Positions 27,479-36,938 of a DNA stretch of 64,000 nt are shown here, one piece after another. Both the position numbers and the translations under genes were made by a program. The notes under the pieces are model-generated. The model did no database searches. It was given only the letters and a program-made list of their open reading frames with translations, and had not been told where the DNA came from. Source of the stretch: Myxococcales bacterium (GTDB taxonomy: Bacteria > Myxococcota_A > UBA9042 > JABWCM01 > BTVJ01); the NCBI GenBank assembly GCA_045863395.1, contig BTVJ01000008.1:1-64000 (forward strand), in the 5' to 3' direction. The stretch's first letter is position 1, and every line of letters begins with the position of its first letter.

Positions 27479-29026
27479 ATGATCGAGCTGAGGACCGGAG
27501 ACGAGGCGACGCGTTGGCTGACCGGGCGCGTCAAGAAGCTGGAGCAGCGGGTGCGAGAGGCGCCGGAGCTGGTCCGGCTGCTGGAGAGCTCCACGGAGGT
27601 GCTCGCCGACCTGGACTCCGACCCGGAGCTCCTCGCGCGGGACGGCGTCGAGCGGCTGCGTCGCCACGCGGCCCAGGTGGGGCGGGTGACCGCGGACCGG
27701 GTCGAGGTGGACGGGTTCCGCCTGGACGCCCTGGACCGGTGGGCCTACGGCATGATGGTCGACGACCGGGAGACCGCGACGCAGGTGCTCACCGCCATGG
27801 CCGACGCGCTACGGGAGCGCATGGGGGCCCTGGGCACGGATGGGGCAGAGCGGCACGGTGGAGCCCAGGGCGCGTTCGCGGATCTGGTGGCGCGCATCGG
27901 GCTGTCCGTGCGCTCCGCCACCGAGCGCTGGGCGACGAAGGGCCCGGGGAAGCAGCAGCGGAGCCTGCTGCCGTGGCGCCGCAAGGCGGCGCGGCGGGCG
28001 CGCCCCGCGGACGACCCGGTCTGGCTGGCGGAGGTGACGGGGACGGCGCGCAGGTTGCGGGGCGAGCTGGAGGCGTCGCTGCGCCAGGCGGGCGAGGCGG
28101 CGGTCTCGCTGACGCTCGCGCGTTCCTACGGGGCCGTGGCCACGCACCTGAGCGAGCTGGCCGTGCTCGGGGAGCGCCTCGGGGAGCTGGCGCCGCTCAT
28201 CGCCGGGCGCGCCGAGCGGGCCCTGGCGACTCTGCGGGGCGAGGGGGGCTCGGGCCGCACGGCGGACGCGTCCATGACCGACGACGCCTCGCTCGACCCG
28301 GTCCTCGCGCGGCTGGACGTGGGGCCCCTCGACTTCCTGGAGCAGGCAGGCGACCTGAGCGGCGTGTCGGAGCGCGCGCTGGAGCAGTCGGTGCGGGACT
28401 TCGTCGCCTCTCGGCTTGCGGGCCTCGGCGTGCCGACGCTGGCAGAGGCGCTGGGAGGCATGGCCGGGGACCGCACCGTCGCGCGGCGCCGCCTCGTGGA
28501 CATCCTGCTGCGCGGCCAGCCGCTGGTCGCCTTCGACGACGCGGTGGCGACGCGCTTCCCCGGCGGGTCCGCCGCGCACCACCTCGTGCTGGTGGAGACC
28601 TCCGACGAGACCATCCGGGGCCTCGTCCAGGAGGCGTGCGCCGAGGCGGGGCTCCCCGCGCCGCGCTTCGAGCGGGCCCCGGTGGGGGACGACCAGCTCT
28701 CCCTGCGCATCATCCAGCTCGTGGCGGGGCTGCCCTTCTTCGCCCAGGTGGAGCGCCTCTCAGGCATGATCCGCACCCACCGCGAGACCATGAGCGGGGC
28801 CGACGGGGCCCGGGTCGGCGACGCGAGCCTCGTCTCCGCGCTCCGGGACCTCATGGGCAGCGACCGCCTCGCGGACATCCTCCCCGAGGAGCTCGTCGCC
28901 GCCGCGCTGCGCCGCCGAGCCTTCGACCCCCTCGACGACGCCACGGCCCAGGAAGACCCGGACGGCGGCGACCGTGGAGGCCTCGTCACACCCTTCCCGA
29001 CCAGCGGCGCCAAAGCACGCGCGTAA
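27479..29026 (+). CDS. helical hypothetical protein resembling the C-terminal region of large tubulin-like proteins
   Basis: GAGGTG RBS, starts 10 bp after the tubulin-like gene; helical, with GQPLVAFD and IIQLVAGLPF segments. Confidence 0.65.
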   Translation: MIELRTGDEATRWLTGRVKKLEQRVREAPELVRLLESSTEVLADLDSDPELLARDGVERLRRHAAQVGRVTADRVEVDGFRLDALDRWAYGMMVDDRETATQVLTAMADALRERMGALGTDGAERHGGAQGAFADLVARIGLSVRSATERWATKGPGKQQRSLLPWRRKAARRARPADDPVWLAEVTGTARRLRGELEASLRQAGEAAVSLTLARSYGAVATHLSELAVLGERLGELAPLIAGRAERALATLRGEGGSGRTADASMTDDASLDPVLARLDVGPLDFLEQAGDLSGVSERALEQSVRDFVASRLAGLGVPTLAEALGGMAGDRTVARRRLVDILLRGQPLVAFDDAVATRFPGGSAAHHLVLVETSDETIRGLVQEACAEAGLPAPRFERAPVGDDQLSLRIIQLVAGLPFFAQVERLSGMIRTHRETMSGADGARVGDASLVSALRDLMGSDRLADILPEELVAAALRRRAFDPLDDATAQEDPDGGDRGGLVTPFPTSGAKARA

Positions 29027-29034
29027 GAAGTTGG

Positions 29035-29103
29035 GGGGTCAAGCCTACTCAGTTCTCATATTCTGGCCCGCCAGAATATGAGAACTGAGTCAGCTTGATC
29101 CCC
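29035..29103. repeat. AT-rich long palindrome with a perfect 21-bp stem, REP-like
   Basis: ACTCAGTTCTCATATTCTGGC-CC-GCCAGAATATGAGAACTGAGT (29047-29090) extended by GGGGTCAAGC / GCTTGATCCCC. Confidence 0.9.
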
Positions 29104-29175
29104 ATTGTGACCCCCATTGGCGTGGGCGGCGATTGGGGGTACAATAGCGCGGCTCACGCACCCATCGGAGGACAC

Positions 29176-31269
29176 ATGCGGTCAGAGACGCAGCCTGCAT
29201 CCACGAGGCGCACGCCGACGCGCGCCGCAATCATGGCCGTGGCGCTCGCGCTCGTGGCGTGCTCGGGTGACACGGGCGTCACGGGGACCGGGGGGACCGG
29301 GGCGGGCGACGCAGCGGGCGGCGGGTTTGGTGGGGGCTTTGGGCAAGGAGGAGGGGGCGGAGACCCCGGCGGCGGAGGCGATCCCGGCGGCGGCGGGGGC
29401 GACCCGGGCGGCGGTGGAGGCGACCCGGGCGACGTCACCGAGACCCCCAAGGACGACACCCACTGCATCGACCTGGATGGCGACCACCACGGCTACCTGT
29501 GCGTGGCGGGCGCGGACTGTGACGACGGCAACCCCCACTTCACGACCACGTGCCCGGACTGCGCGACGGCCAACTACGCTGGCTGCCCGTGCCTGGACGA
29601 GGGCGCAACGGCGCTCTGCTTCAGCGGCGACGTAGACCTTGTGGGCATCGGCCAGTGCACGGTGGGGCAGCGCACCTGCACCGCCGGGCACTGGTCGGCG
29701 TGCATCGGCGAGGTCCCCCCGGGGGAGGAGGTCTGCGATGGGGTGGACAACGACTGCGACGGCGCGGTGGACGAGGGAGTGATCAGCGAGTGCGGGAACT
29801 GCGACAAGTTCTGCCACCTCTACGAGGCTGGGCCCGGCACCGTGGAGCCCTTCGAACCCAAGGCAGACAACTCCCAGTCCGTGGAGGCGACGCCGGAGGG
29901 GTGGATCACCCTCGGCGAGTCCGCCTACAACCTGCACTTCATCTGGATCGCCAACTCCGGGGAGCACACGGTCTCCAAGCTCGACACGGACACCGGCAAA
30001 GAGCTGGGTCGGTACTACACCTGCCAGAACCCCTCGCGAACCGCCGTGGACAAGAACGGCGACTGCTGGGTGGGCTGCCGCGACGACGGCAAGGTCGCCA
30101 AGATCACGAACGTGGTCGAGAAGTGCGTGGACAAGAACGGCAACGGGGTCATCGAGACGTCCACGGACGCCAACGGCGACGGAGTGATCCAGCCGGGGGA
30201 GATGACCGCCAAGGGGGAGGACGAGTGCGTGCGCTTCGTGGTCAAGCCCACGGAGGACTCCATTGCGCGGGCTCTGGGCGTGGACACGGACAATTACGCT
30301 TGGGTCGGCATGTGGAACACGTCCAAGCTGGTCCGTCTCGCGCCAAACGACGGGCTGCTCCTCAAGACCATCGACCTGCCAGTGAACCCGTATGGGCTCG
30401 CCATCGACCAGAAGGGCATCATCTGGGTGTCGGGGCGTGGCGGAAACAAGCTGGTGCGCGTAGACCCCAAGTCCGGCGACGTGCAGGCCCTGGTGCCTCC
30501 GTTCGGTTGCCTGGAGCCCTACGGTATCGCGGTGGACGAGCTTGGCGGGGTCTGGATCGCCAACGCCTGGTGCAACGACGTGGCGTGGCGCTACGACCCG
30601 CAGACCGCCTCCTGGGCCAGCGTGGCCACCAAGAGCACGCCGCGGGGCATCGCGTCCAACGGCAAGGGCTCCGTCTTCGTCGCCAACGACGCATCCAGCG
30701 TCATCGCCAAGATCGACCTGGCCACCATGAAGACGGTGGGGTACGCCGATCTCGGCGCTGGCCGCGGCCCGGTGGGGGTCGCGGTGGACTCCACGGGCTT
30801 CGTCTGGGCCGTCAACCAGAGCGCCAGCTCGGCTACGAAGGTCGACCCCACCACACTGAAGACGGTGCTCGAGCAGCCCGTGGGGAGCGCGCCGTACACC
30901 TACAGCGACATGACGGGGCAGTTCTTCTTCAAGGACATCGCGCCGGAGGGCTGGTACCGGACCACCTATGGGGGGTGGGAGGGCTTCCGCGTCCAGTGGA
31001 AGGAGCTGACCGTGGACTTCGAGGCCCCGCCAGGCACCCACATCAAGGTGCGGGTGCGCTCCGCCAAGGAGAAGTCCGAGCTGGAGACCACCGCGTGGAG
31101 CCCGTATGTGGGGCCGTACCCGCCCGAGACCTTCCCGCTGGACCTCGTGCCTCTGCTGGAGAAGAAGTCCAGCTACCTGGAGGTCGAGGTGTCCCTGTAC
31201 AGCGAGTCGGGGGAGACCAAGCCCTACGTGAAGGGCATCGAGATCACGTACACGGCGGAGCCGCAGTAG
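29176..31269 (+). CDS. lipoprotein with GDPGGGG repeats, Cys/Asp metal-binding motifs and a Vgb/NHL-like beta-propeller
   Basis: Lipobox LVAC; DLDGD, EVCDGVDNDCDG; repeated PYGLAID..G.IWV blades; PYTYSDMTG. Confidence 0.85.
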   Translation: MRSETQPASTRRTPTRAAIMAVALALVACSGDTGVTGTGGTGAGDAAGGGFGGGFGQGGGGGDPGGGGDPGGGGGDPGGGGGDPGDVTETPKDDTHCIDLDGDHHGYLCVAGADCDDGNPHFTTTCPDCATANYAGCPCLDEGATALCFSGDVDLVGIGQCTVGQRTCTAGHWSACIGEVPPGEEVCDGVDNDCDGAVDEGVISECGNCDKFCHLYEAGPGTVEPFEPKADNSQSVEATPEGWITLGESAYNLHFIWIANSGEHTVSKLDTDTGKELGRYYTCQNPSRTAVDKNGDCWVGCRDDGKVAKITNVVEKCVDKNGNGVIETSTDANGDGVIQPGEMTAKGEDECVRFVVKPTEDSIARALGVDTDNYAWVGMWNTSKLVRLAPNDGLLLKTIDLPVNPYGLAIDQKGIIWVSGRGGNKLVRVDPKSGDVQALVPPFGCLEPYGIAVDELGGVWIANAWCNDVAWRYDPQTASWASVATKSTPRGIASNGKGSVFVANDASSVIAKIDLATMKTVGYADLGAGRGPVGVAVDSTGFVWAVNQSASSATKVDPTTLKTVLEQPVGSAPYTYSDMTGQFFFKDIAPEGWYRTTYGGWEGFRVQWKELTVDFEAPPGTHIKVRVRSAKEKSELETTAWSPYVGPYPPETFPLDLVPLLEKKSSYLEVEVSLYSESGETKPYVKGIEITYTAEPQ

Positions 31270-31323
31270 GGCGGGGAAGCAGCGGGGGCACTCTCGGGGG
31301 CAGTCAGGGCGCTGCTCCTCCCG

Positions 31324-32193
31324 CTACACCACGAAGTCCAGCAGCTGCACGCGGGTCACGTAGTCCTCGAGCTGGGCTGCCGAGTCGTCGATCAGCAGGT
31401 CCAGCTTGACCTCGACCATCCCGGCGCCGGCGCGGGCCACCGTCCCGCTGACGGGGATCTCGCAAGCGGGAAGCACCAGGACGCCCGACCAGTGGGCGTC
31501 GTCCTCCGGAGGGGTCCCCGTCCCGGAGTGCATCCAGAAGTGGGTGCGGGAGATCTCCACCACGCTGACGAGCTCCCCGCCGTCCAGGCGTACCTGGGCC
31601 GGCAGAGCCTTGGGCGGCTCCACGGAGTAGTTGGCGCGACGGTTCTGCTGGATCAGGTCGTCGAGGGTGTCGTGCAGCTCCTCGCTGATCGGTGAATCGG
31701 GGCTCTCCAGCACCAGGTCGCGGAGCCGCTTCATCGCCTTCTGAGTGCGGATGATGTTGCGTCGCATCTCCTCCATGCGTCGCTCGTCGAGGCGCACCTT
31801 GTCCGCCAGGACCTTCACCAGGTTGTGGTAGAACGGGAACGCCACGTCGCCCTGCTGTTCGAAGAAGTGCATGAGCGTAGGCCGGTCGACCTGCCAGACC
31901 TCGGAGGGAAGGCTGGCCGCCGCAGTCGTATTGCGGCGGAGGCCGGTCAGGGCGCCCAGCTCGCCGATGGGCGCTGGGGCGTGGAGGCGGAACCGGGTCT
32001 CCCCGTCTTCGACCAGCGAGATCTCGCCGCTCATCAGCAGATAGAACGTGTCATCGTCCGCACCCGCCTCGAACAGCACCTCGCCGCGCTCCAGTGTGAG
32101 GCGCTTGAAGATGTTCGCGAGGGCGACGATGTGCTCGTCCGTCATGCTGAAGAACAGCGGGATGGATCGGAGCACGCTGGGGTCCATCGACAT
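31324..32193 (-). CDS. cyclic-nucleotide-binding domain protein with PilZ-like C-terminal domain
   Basis: LRSIPLF...GEVLFEAG...IGELGAL...RRNTTA; C-terminal NRRANYSV...VVEISRT...VSGTVAR. Confidence 0.75.
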   Translation of the reverse strand: MSMDPSVLRSIPLFFSMTDEHIVALANIFKRLTLERGEVLFEAGADDDTFYLLMSGEISLVEDGETRFRLHAPAPIGELGALTGLRRNTTAAASLPSEVWQVDRPTLMHFFEQQGDVAFPFYHNLVKVLADKVRLDERRMEEMRRNIIRTQKAMKRLRDLVLESPDSPISEELHDTLDDLIQQNRRANYSVEPPKALPAQVRLDGGELVSVVEISRTHFWMHSGTGTPPEDDAHWSGVLVLPACEIPVSGTVARAGAGMVEVKLDLLIDDSAAQLEDYVTRVQLLDFVV

Positions 32194-32255
32194 GGTGGCC
32201 TCCTACCGGGTTGTCGGCGCTCGATACCGCACCCGGGAGGGGCGCGTCAAGTGCC

Positions 32256-33092
32256 TCACTGACCTGGCGGCAGGAAATCGGAGCCAGAGGGGCCGGCAGC
32301 GCAGGCCGCGCGCCCGGACAGGAGGCGCTCCAGGTTGGTCGCCGCCGCCCGGTCACCCGGCCTCAGGTCCGCCGCCCGCTGGAGGTGGGCGCGGGCCCGC
32401 TCGAGGTCGCCCCGCCGGCACCACGCGATGCCCACGTCCGTGTGGAGCTCCGGCAGCGCGTCGTCCTCTGCGAGTGCCCGGTCGTACAGGCTCATCGCCT
32501 GATCGGTGGGCGCGCCGTGGGACCGGGCCCGCAGCATCCACTCGACGGCGCGAAAGCGGCGGCTCTGGGCCTCCAGGGAGCGGCGCACTTCCCTTGGCAG
32601 CGCCTCGTCGGTCCATGACCGCACGAACACCACGAGCACCTGGTAGCCCGTGGGTGCCCACAGCGCCTCCAGCTCCTCGTCGGTGAGGTGCGTGAGCGCG
32701 GGTCGGGAGGGGTCCCTCACGGCCCAGGAGCCCTCCTCCTGCCCATGGACCACGATGGCGTGCTTCTGCCCTCCGGAGACCAGCAGGACGGGCGGGGCTC
32801 CGGCAGCGAGGAGGCGGTGGAGCAAGGCTCGATCCCCGCGCGCGAGCCAGGCGTGCCCCCCCAGCGCCGCGATCACGTCCTGCAGGTCGAGCGCGGAGAT
32901 CCCGTCAGCGTGGACGGGCAGGCTTCGCGCCAGCCCGTCCACGGAGATCGGGAGCCCCTGAGCGGCCAAGGACATGGCGGCCGCCGCGGGGAGGCAGGTC
33001 ACGGCGGTTGGCTGGGGGACATAGGGCATGGAGAGTGGAGCGGCGGCGGCGGACCCGCAGAGCCAGGCGAGCGCCAGCAGGGCCCGGATCAC
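32256..33092 (-). CDS. secreted C39-like cysteine peptidase with C-terminal TPR
   Basis: PYVPQ...TCLPAA, KHAIVV, VRDPS (Cys-His-Asp); TPR-like helices; GTGA overlap with the upstream gene. Confidence 0.8.
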   Translation of the reverse strand: MIRALLALAWLCGSAAAAPLSMPYVPQPTAVTCLPAAAAMSLAAQGLPISVDGLARSLPVHADGISALDLQDVIAALGGHAWLARGDRALLHRLLAAGAPPVLLVSGGQKHAIVVHGQEEGSWAVRDPSRPALTHLTDEELEALWAPTGYQVLVVFVRSWTDEALPREVRRSLEAQSRRFRAVEWMLRARSHGAPTDQAMSLYDRALAEDDALPELHTDVGIAWCRRGDLERARAHLQRAADLRPGDRAAATNLERLLSGRAACAAGPSGSDFLPPGQ

Positions 33093-35722
33093 CGGGCCCG
33101 GACGAACACGGTGGGGTTCACGCAGCCGTTTCCACCGAGGAAGTAGAGGCCGCTCCCCCACCCGCCCCCGCTGCCGACGGCGTAGTACTGGTGAAACCAG
33201 GAGCCCCCGTTGTTGCATGCGTCGTCCCACCCGTCGTAGGTCCCCCAGAAGAAGGCCGCGCCGCCCCGTGCGAACTGGGATTGGTAGTCGCCGATGAGAT
33301 AGGGGTCTTTGGTCATGCACCGGTAGCCCGAGTTCCAGCTCGAGCAGGTGATCTCGTGGACCTCGCCGAGCACGTTGTTGTACTGGACCCCGTACTGGTA
33401 GTCCCGCATGGGGTAGGTGTTGACCAGCGTGAAGATCTGGTTGAGGGTGCCGATGTTGACCCACCCCTTCGGCGCCGTGGACGACGCATGGGTGTGCAGG
33501 GAGTCAGCGTTGCCGCCCCCGGTCAGCGTGGTCACGTCCGCCGCCGTCAGGTCGTCGTTGGCGCCGCTGCCGAGGTCGACCCCGCCGTTGGCGACGATCT
33601 GACCATCCACCGTGATCCCGCTGTAGATGCGGTTGCCGCCCGTCCCGGTCCGCGTCACGTAGAGGCCGTCGTCGCCGTAGTGGCCCTGCCGCCACGCCTG
33701 GATCTCGCCGAGGCGGAAGTTGCCGTCCCCCGGCTGGTTGATGGCACCCGAGAACGTGAACCGGAGCTGGCAGATGCCGTTGCCCAGGTTCTCGGAGGCA
33801 AACCAGTCCGAACCGGTGAACGTCGTCGTCTCGGCGATCGTCGCCCACGCGGCGGCCGGGTCGGAGCAGCTCCAGCCGTTGCTGGAGTTGGGGTCGTAGA
33901 ACTTCTCCGCCTTGACGCCCTTGATGCTGTAGCCGTAGGGGAAGTAGACCCCCACCGCGTGCCAGTAGTGCTGCATGCCCATGTTGATGGTGACCGTCAC
34001 GGGGGCGGCGCCGGCCGGGTAGATCAGCGCCGAGTTGCCCTGGCCGTCGAACATGGCCTCCACCGAGCCGCTGCCGGCCCCCGCCGAGGCCGTCACCGTG
34101 AACTTCTTGTCCGCCGCGATCAGAGAGTCGTAGTGGTAGCCGACCACGTTGTAGGCGCCTGCGCCGTGCTTGTCCTGGGGGATGTAGGCCCCCGTGATGC
34201 GGTTGTTCGTCGCGTCGACGGTCCCACGCAGGGTCGTCGCGCCTGCGACATCCAGGGCGCTCGCCGGCGTCACAGTCCCGATGCCGACGCGCCCCGTCTT
34301 GTCCACCGTCACGCGCTCCGCTGCCGCGCCGTTCCCGCCCGTGCGGATGCGCAGCCCGTCGTCCACCTGCTGGAGCCGCACGTCGTAGTCGTCCGCAGCG
34401 TTGTCCTTGAAGTCGACGTAGGGGGTCGTCGAGCGCGTGAGCTCGATGTTCCCGTCCGTCGAGAGCTCTGCGCGCCCCACGGAGCCGGTGCTGCGGATGG
34501 TCCCGCTCACGTCGAGGGCGGCTCCCGGGCTCGTCGTCGCGATGCCCACGAAGCCGTTGCTGGTCTCCACGTGGACGGCGGGGTTGCCGTCCTCCCTGTA
34601 GATGGTGACGTCAGGCTTCGCGCCGGTGCCGCTCGGCACCACCTGGAGGGACGACGCCGTCGGGCTGTTGTTGAGCACCAGGTCCATGTTGCCGAGCGTC
34701 GGGTCCGTGATGCGGACGCCACCGCCCACGTTCAGGGGGCGCGCCGTGCTGGCCGTGCCCACGGACAGGGTCCCCGTGACGCTCGCGGCCCCGTTCACCG
34801 TGGTCGCCCCGGCCTGGAGCGGAGCCCAGGCGCCGTTGTTGACCGTGCGCACCCGCAGGCCGCCGGTGGCCTGCAGGTTGAGCGCGCCGTCCGCCGGGTC
34901 ATACAGGCCGCCCTTGTTGCTGAGCTGCACCCGGCACCCTGCGGTGCCTGCCGTGCACGCCAAGACCGAGCCCGTGACGCTGACGTCCCCACTCAAGCTC
35001 AGGTTTGCGGCCAGGTGGCCCGACGTGATGCAGCCGGTGCAGGCGAGGCCCAGGGCGTCGCCGTCCTTGGCGTTGGACTTGGCATAGTTGAAGGCGACGT
35101 CGTCCTTGGTCACCGAGCCATCCAGGATGTGACCGCTCCCGACGGCCCCGGTGGCGATGTCCGTGGAGCCTACGCAGCCCACACAGTCCAGGTTGGCGGC
35201 GGCGCCGCCCTTGGTCGTGCCCTCCGCCCAGGGGAAGTCCACCTTGGCCGATGTGATCGTGGTGTTGGCGATCTGGGCGCCCGTGACGGCGCCTGCCGCG
35301 ATGTCGGATGAGTCCACGCAGCCCGAGCAGGCGAGACCAGCCGCCGTGGCCGCCGAGGAGGCGCGCAGGGCGAAGGGGGTGCTCAACAGCCGCTGGCGGG
35401 GGAGCGGCGGCTCCGCGTCCACCTTCGTCTCGATCCACGCGTCCGCCGCCGACGCGAGCAGCGCTGTGTCGATGCCCGTCAGGTCCACCTCGAACACGCC
35501 ACCGACCACCGAGACCGGGTCGAAGACCTGGCTGTGGATGGTGGAGCCGCCGGTCTGAGCGCTGTAGAGCGTGACCGTCAGCTTGTACGTGCCCGAGGCA
35601 GGGACGCCGGACTGGGTGGCCACCGAGGCTTGGAGCCGCATGGCTGCGGGTGGTTCCGCTGCGCTGGCGGCGGACGCGGCGAGGGCGAGGACAACGATGC
35701 AGGCAGTTCGCAAGCTCGTCAT
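33089..35722 (-). CDS. secreted fibre/adhesin-like protein (877 aa)
   Basis: Signal peptide, PRQRLLSTPFALRA, three L.C.GC(V/I) repeats, VGIGTxxP...LDV.G repeats. Confidence 0.75.
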   Translation of the reverse strand: MTSLRTACIVVLALAASAASAAEPPAAMRLQASVATQSGVPASGTYKLTVTLYSAQTGGSTIHSQVFDPVSVVGGVFEVDLTGIDTALLASAADAWIETKVDAEPPLPRQRLLSTPFALRASSAATAAGLACSGCVDSSDIAAGAVTGAQIANTTITSAKVDFPWAEGTTKGGAAANLDCVGCVGSTDIATGAVGSGHILDGSVTKDDVAFNYAKSNAKDGDALGLACTGCITSGHLAANLSLSGDVSVTGSVLACTAGTAGCRVQLSNKGGLYDPADGALNLQATGGLRVRTVNNGAWAPLQAGATTVNGAASVTGTLSVGTASTARPLNVGGGVRITDPTLGNMDLVLNNSPTASSLQVVPSGTGAKPDVTIYREDGNPAVHVETSNGFVGIATTSPGAALDVSGTIRSTGSVGRAELSTDGNIELTRSTTPYVDFKDNAADDYDVRLQQVDDGLRIRTGGNGAAAERVTVDKTGRVGIGTVTPASALDVAGATTLRGTVDATNNRITGAYIPQDKHGAGAYNVVGYHYDSLIAADKKFTVTASAGAGSGSVEAMFDGQGNSALIYPAGAAPVTVTINMGMQHYWHAVGVYFPYGYSIKGVKAEKFYDPNSSNGWSCSDPAAAWATIAETTTFTGSDWFASENLGNGICQLRFTFSGAINQPGDGNFRLGEIQAWRQGHYGDDGLYVTRTGTGGNRIYSGITVDGQIVANGGVDLGSGANDDLTAADVTTLTGGGNADSLHTHASSTAPKGWVNIGTLNQIFTLVNTYPMRDYQYGVQYNNVLGEVHEITCSSWNSGYRCMTKDPYLIGDYQSQFARGGAAFFWGTYDGWDDACNNGGSWFHQYYAVGSGGGWGSGLYFLGGNGCVNPTVFVRAR

Positions 35723-35816
35723 GGCGGCTCCATGGAGATCGTGAGAGAGCGGGGTGGCTGGGGGGAGCATACGATGGGAGATGCCCCGATTCCAGAGCGT
35801 TCGAGCGCACGGCTCA

Positions 35817-36938
35817 TCACTGCACGAGGCGCTCGTAGCACCGTGTCGTCGCCTCCACCATGGCGTCGAGGGTGTACCGCTCCTCGACGAGCCTGCGGCA
35901 CGCGTCGCCCATGCTGCGCCGCTGCGCCTCGGGAAGTTCAAGGAAGCTCCTGAGCGCATCGGCGAGCTCGACGTGCTCTCCCACCGGAAAGACGTGCCCA
36001 TGGACGCCATTGACAAGGAAGGTGCGCAGATCGCTCACATCCGATGCGAAGACGGGGAGCCCGGAGGCCATTGCCTCCAGCACCACGTTGGGGAAGCCCT
36101 CGAAGCGGGAGCTCAGGACCAGCGCGTCGGCCCTCTGGTAGAGGGCGCGGACATCCCTTCGCGGCGGGAGGCGCGCCACGCAGTCGCCGAGGCCCTCCCG
36201 GGCGATGAGCTCAAGGGTGGCCTCCAGCACCTCTGGGTGATCGGCGGCGCCGGCGAGCACGGCGAAGAAGGGGTGGGTCCTGCGCAGTCGGGCCAAGGCG
36301 CGTACCAGGGTGAGCGGGTCCTTCCAGCGGTGGAAGGAGGCGACGCCGGCGAGGATTGGAGTACCGGCGGGGACGGGAGCCAAGAGCGCCTCCAGCTCCG
36401 GGTCGGGAGCCGCTGGCGCCCGCCAGTGGGAGGTCTCGATGCCATTGGGGATGGCGACGACGCGTGCGGCGGGGACCTGGAGTGAGGACGTGATCAGGCG
36501 CGCCGCGCGCTCCGAGTTGGCGATGACCAGGTCGGACCGTGGGTAGGTGACGCGGCGGATGTTGGTCCAGGACGCGATGCCTGCGTCGATGGCCGACCGC
36601 TCGCTCTGGATCACGGCGACGCGCCGGGGCGCGAGGCGGGCCGCAGCCAGCCCCCACGCGCCGGGGGTGAGCAGGAAGGTGTGGAGCACGTCGATACGCT
36701 CCCTCACCAGCATGTGCGCGAGCCGAAAGGGGAGCAGTGGGTCGAGCTTGCCACGCTTGGGCACCACCCGCACCCTCGTGCCGGCGTACCGCGGGTCGCT
36801 CACAAAGAAGCGGTCGGGGTGGTAGATCCACACCTGTGGGTCGACGCGGGTGCGGTCCAGGCGACGGACCAACTCCAGGACCTGGCGCTGGGCTCCACCC
36901 GAGCCGAGGCTGTTGATCAGGCACGCCACACGGATCAT
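35817..36938 (-). CDS. glycosyltransferase family 4 (GT-B)
   Basis: GGAQRQ, IPNGI, SRFEGFPNVVLEAMASGLPV. Confidence 0.93.
   Translation of the reverse strand: MIRVACLINSLGSGGAQRQVLELVRRLDRTRVDPQVWIYHPDRFFVSDPRYAGTRVRVVPKRGKLDPLLPFRLAHMLVRERIDVLHTFLLTPGAWGLAAARLAPRRVAVIQSERSAIDAGIASWTNIRRVTYPRSDLVIANSERAARLITSSLQVPAARVVAIPNGIETSHWRAPAAPDPELEALLAPVPAGTPILAGVASFHRWKDPLTLVRALARLRRTHPFFAVLAGAADHPEVLEATLELIAREGLGDCVARLPPRRDVRALYQRADALVLSSRFEGFPNVVLEAMASGLPVFASDVSDLRTFLVNGVHGHVFPVGEHVELADALRSFLELPEAQRRSMGDACRRLVEERYTLDAMVEATTRCYERLVQ

Noticed and set aside
33089..35722. Phage tail fibre indicating a prophage
   Set aside because: It has a signal peptide and no other phage genes are present; better explained as a cellular adhesin
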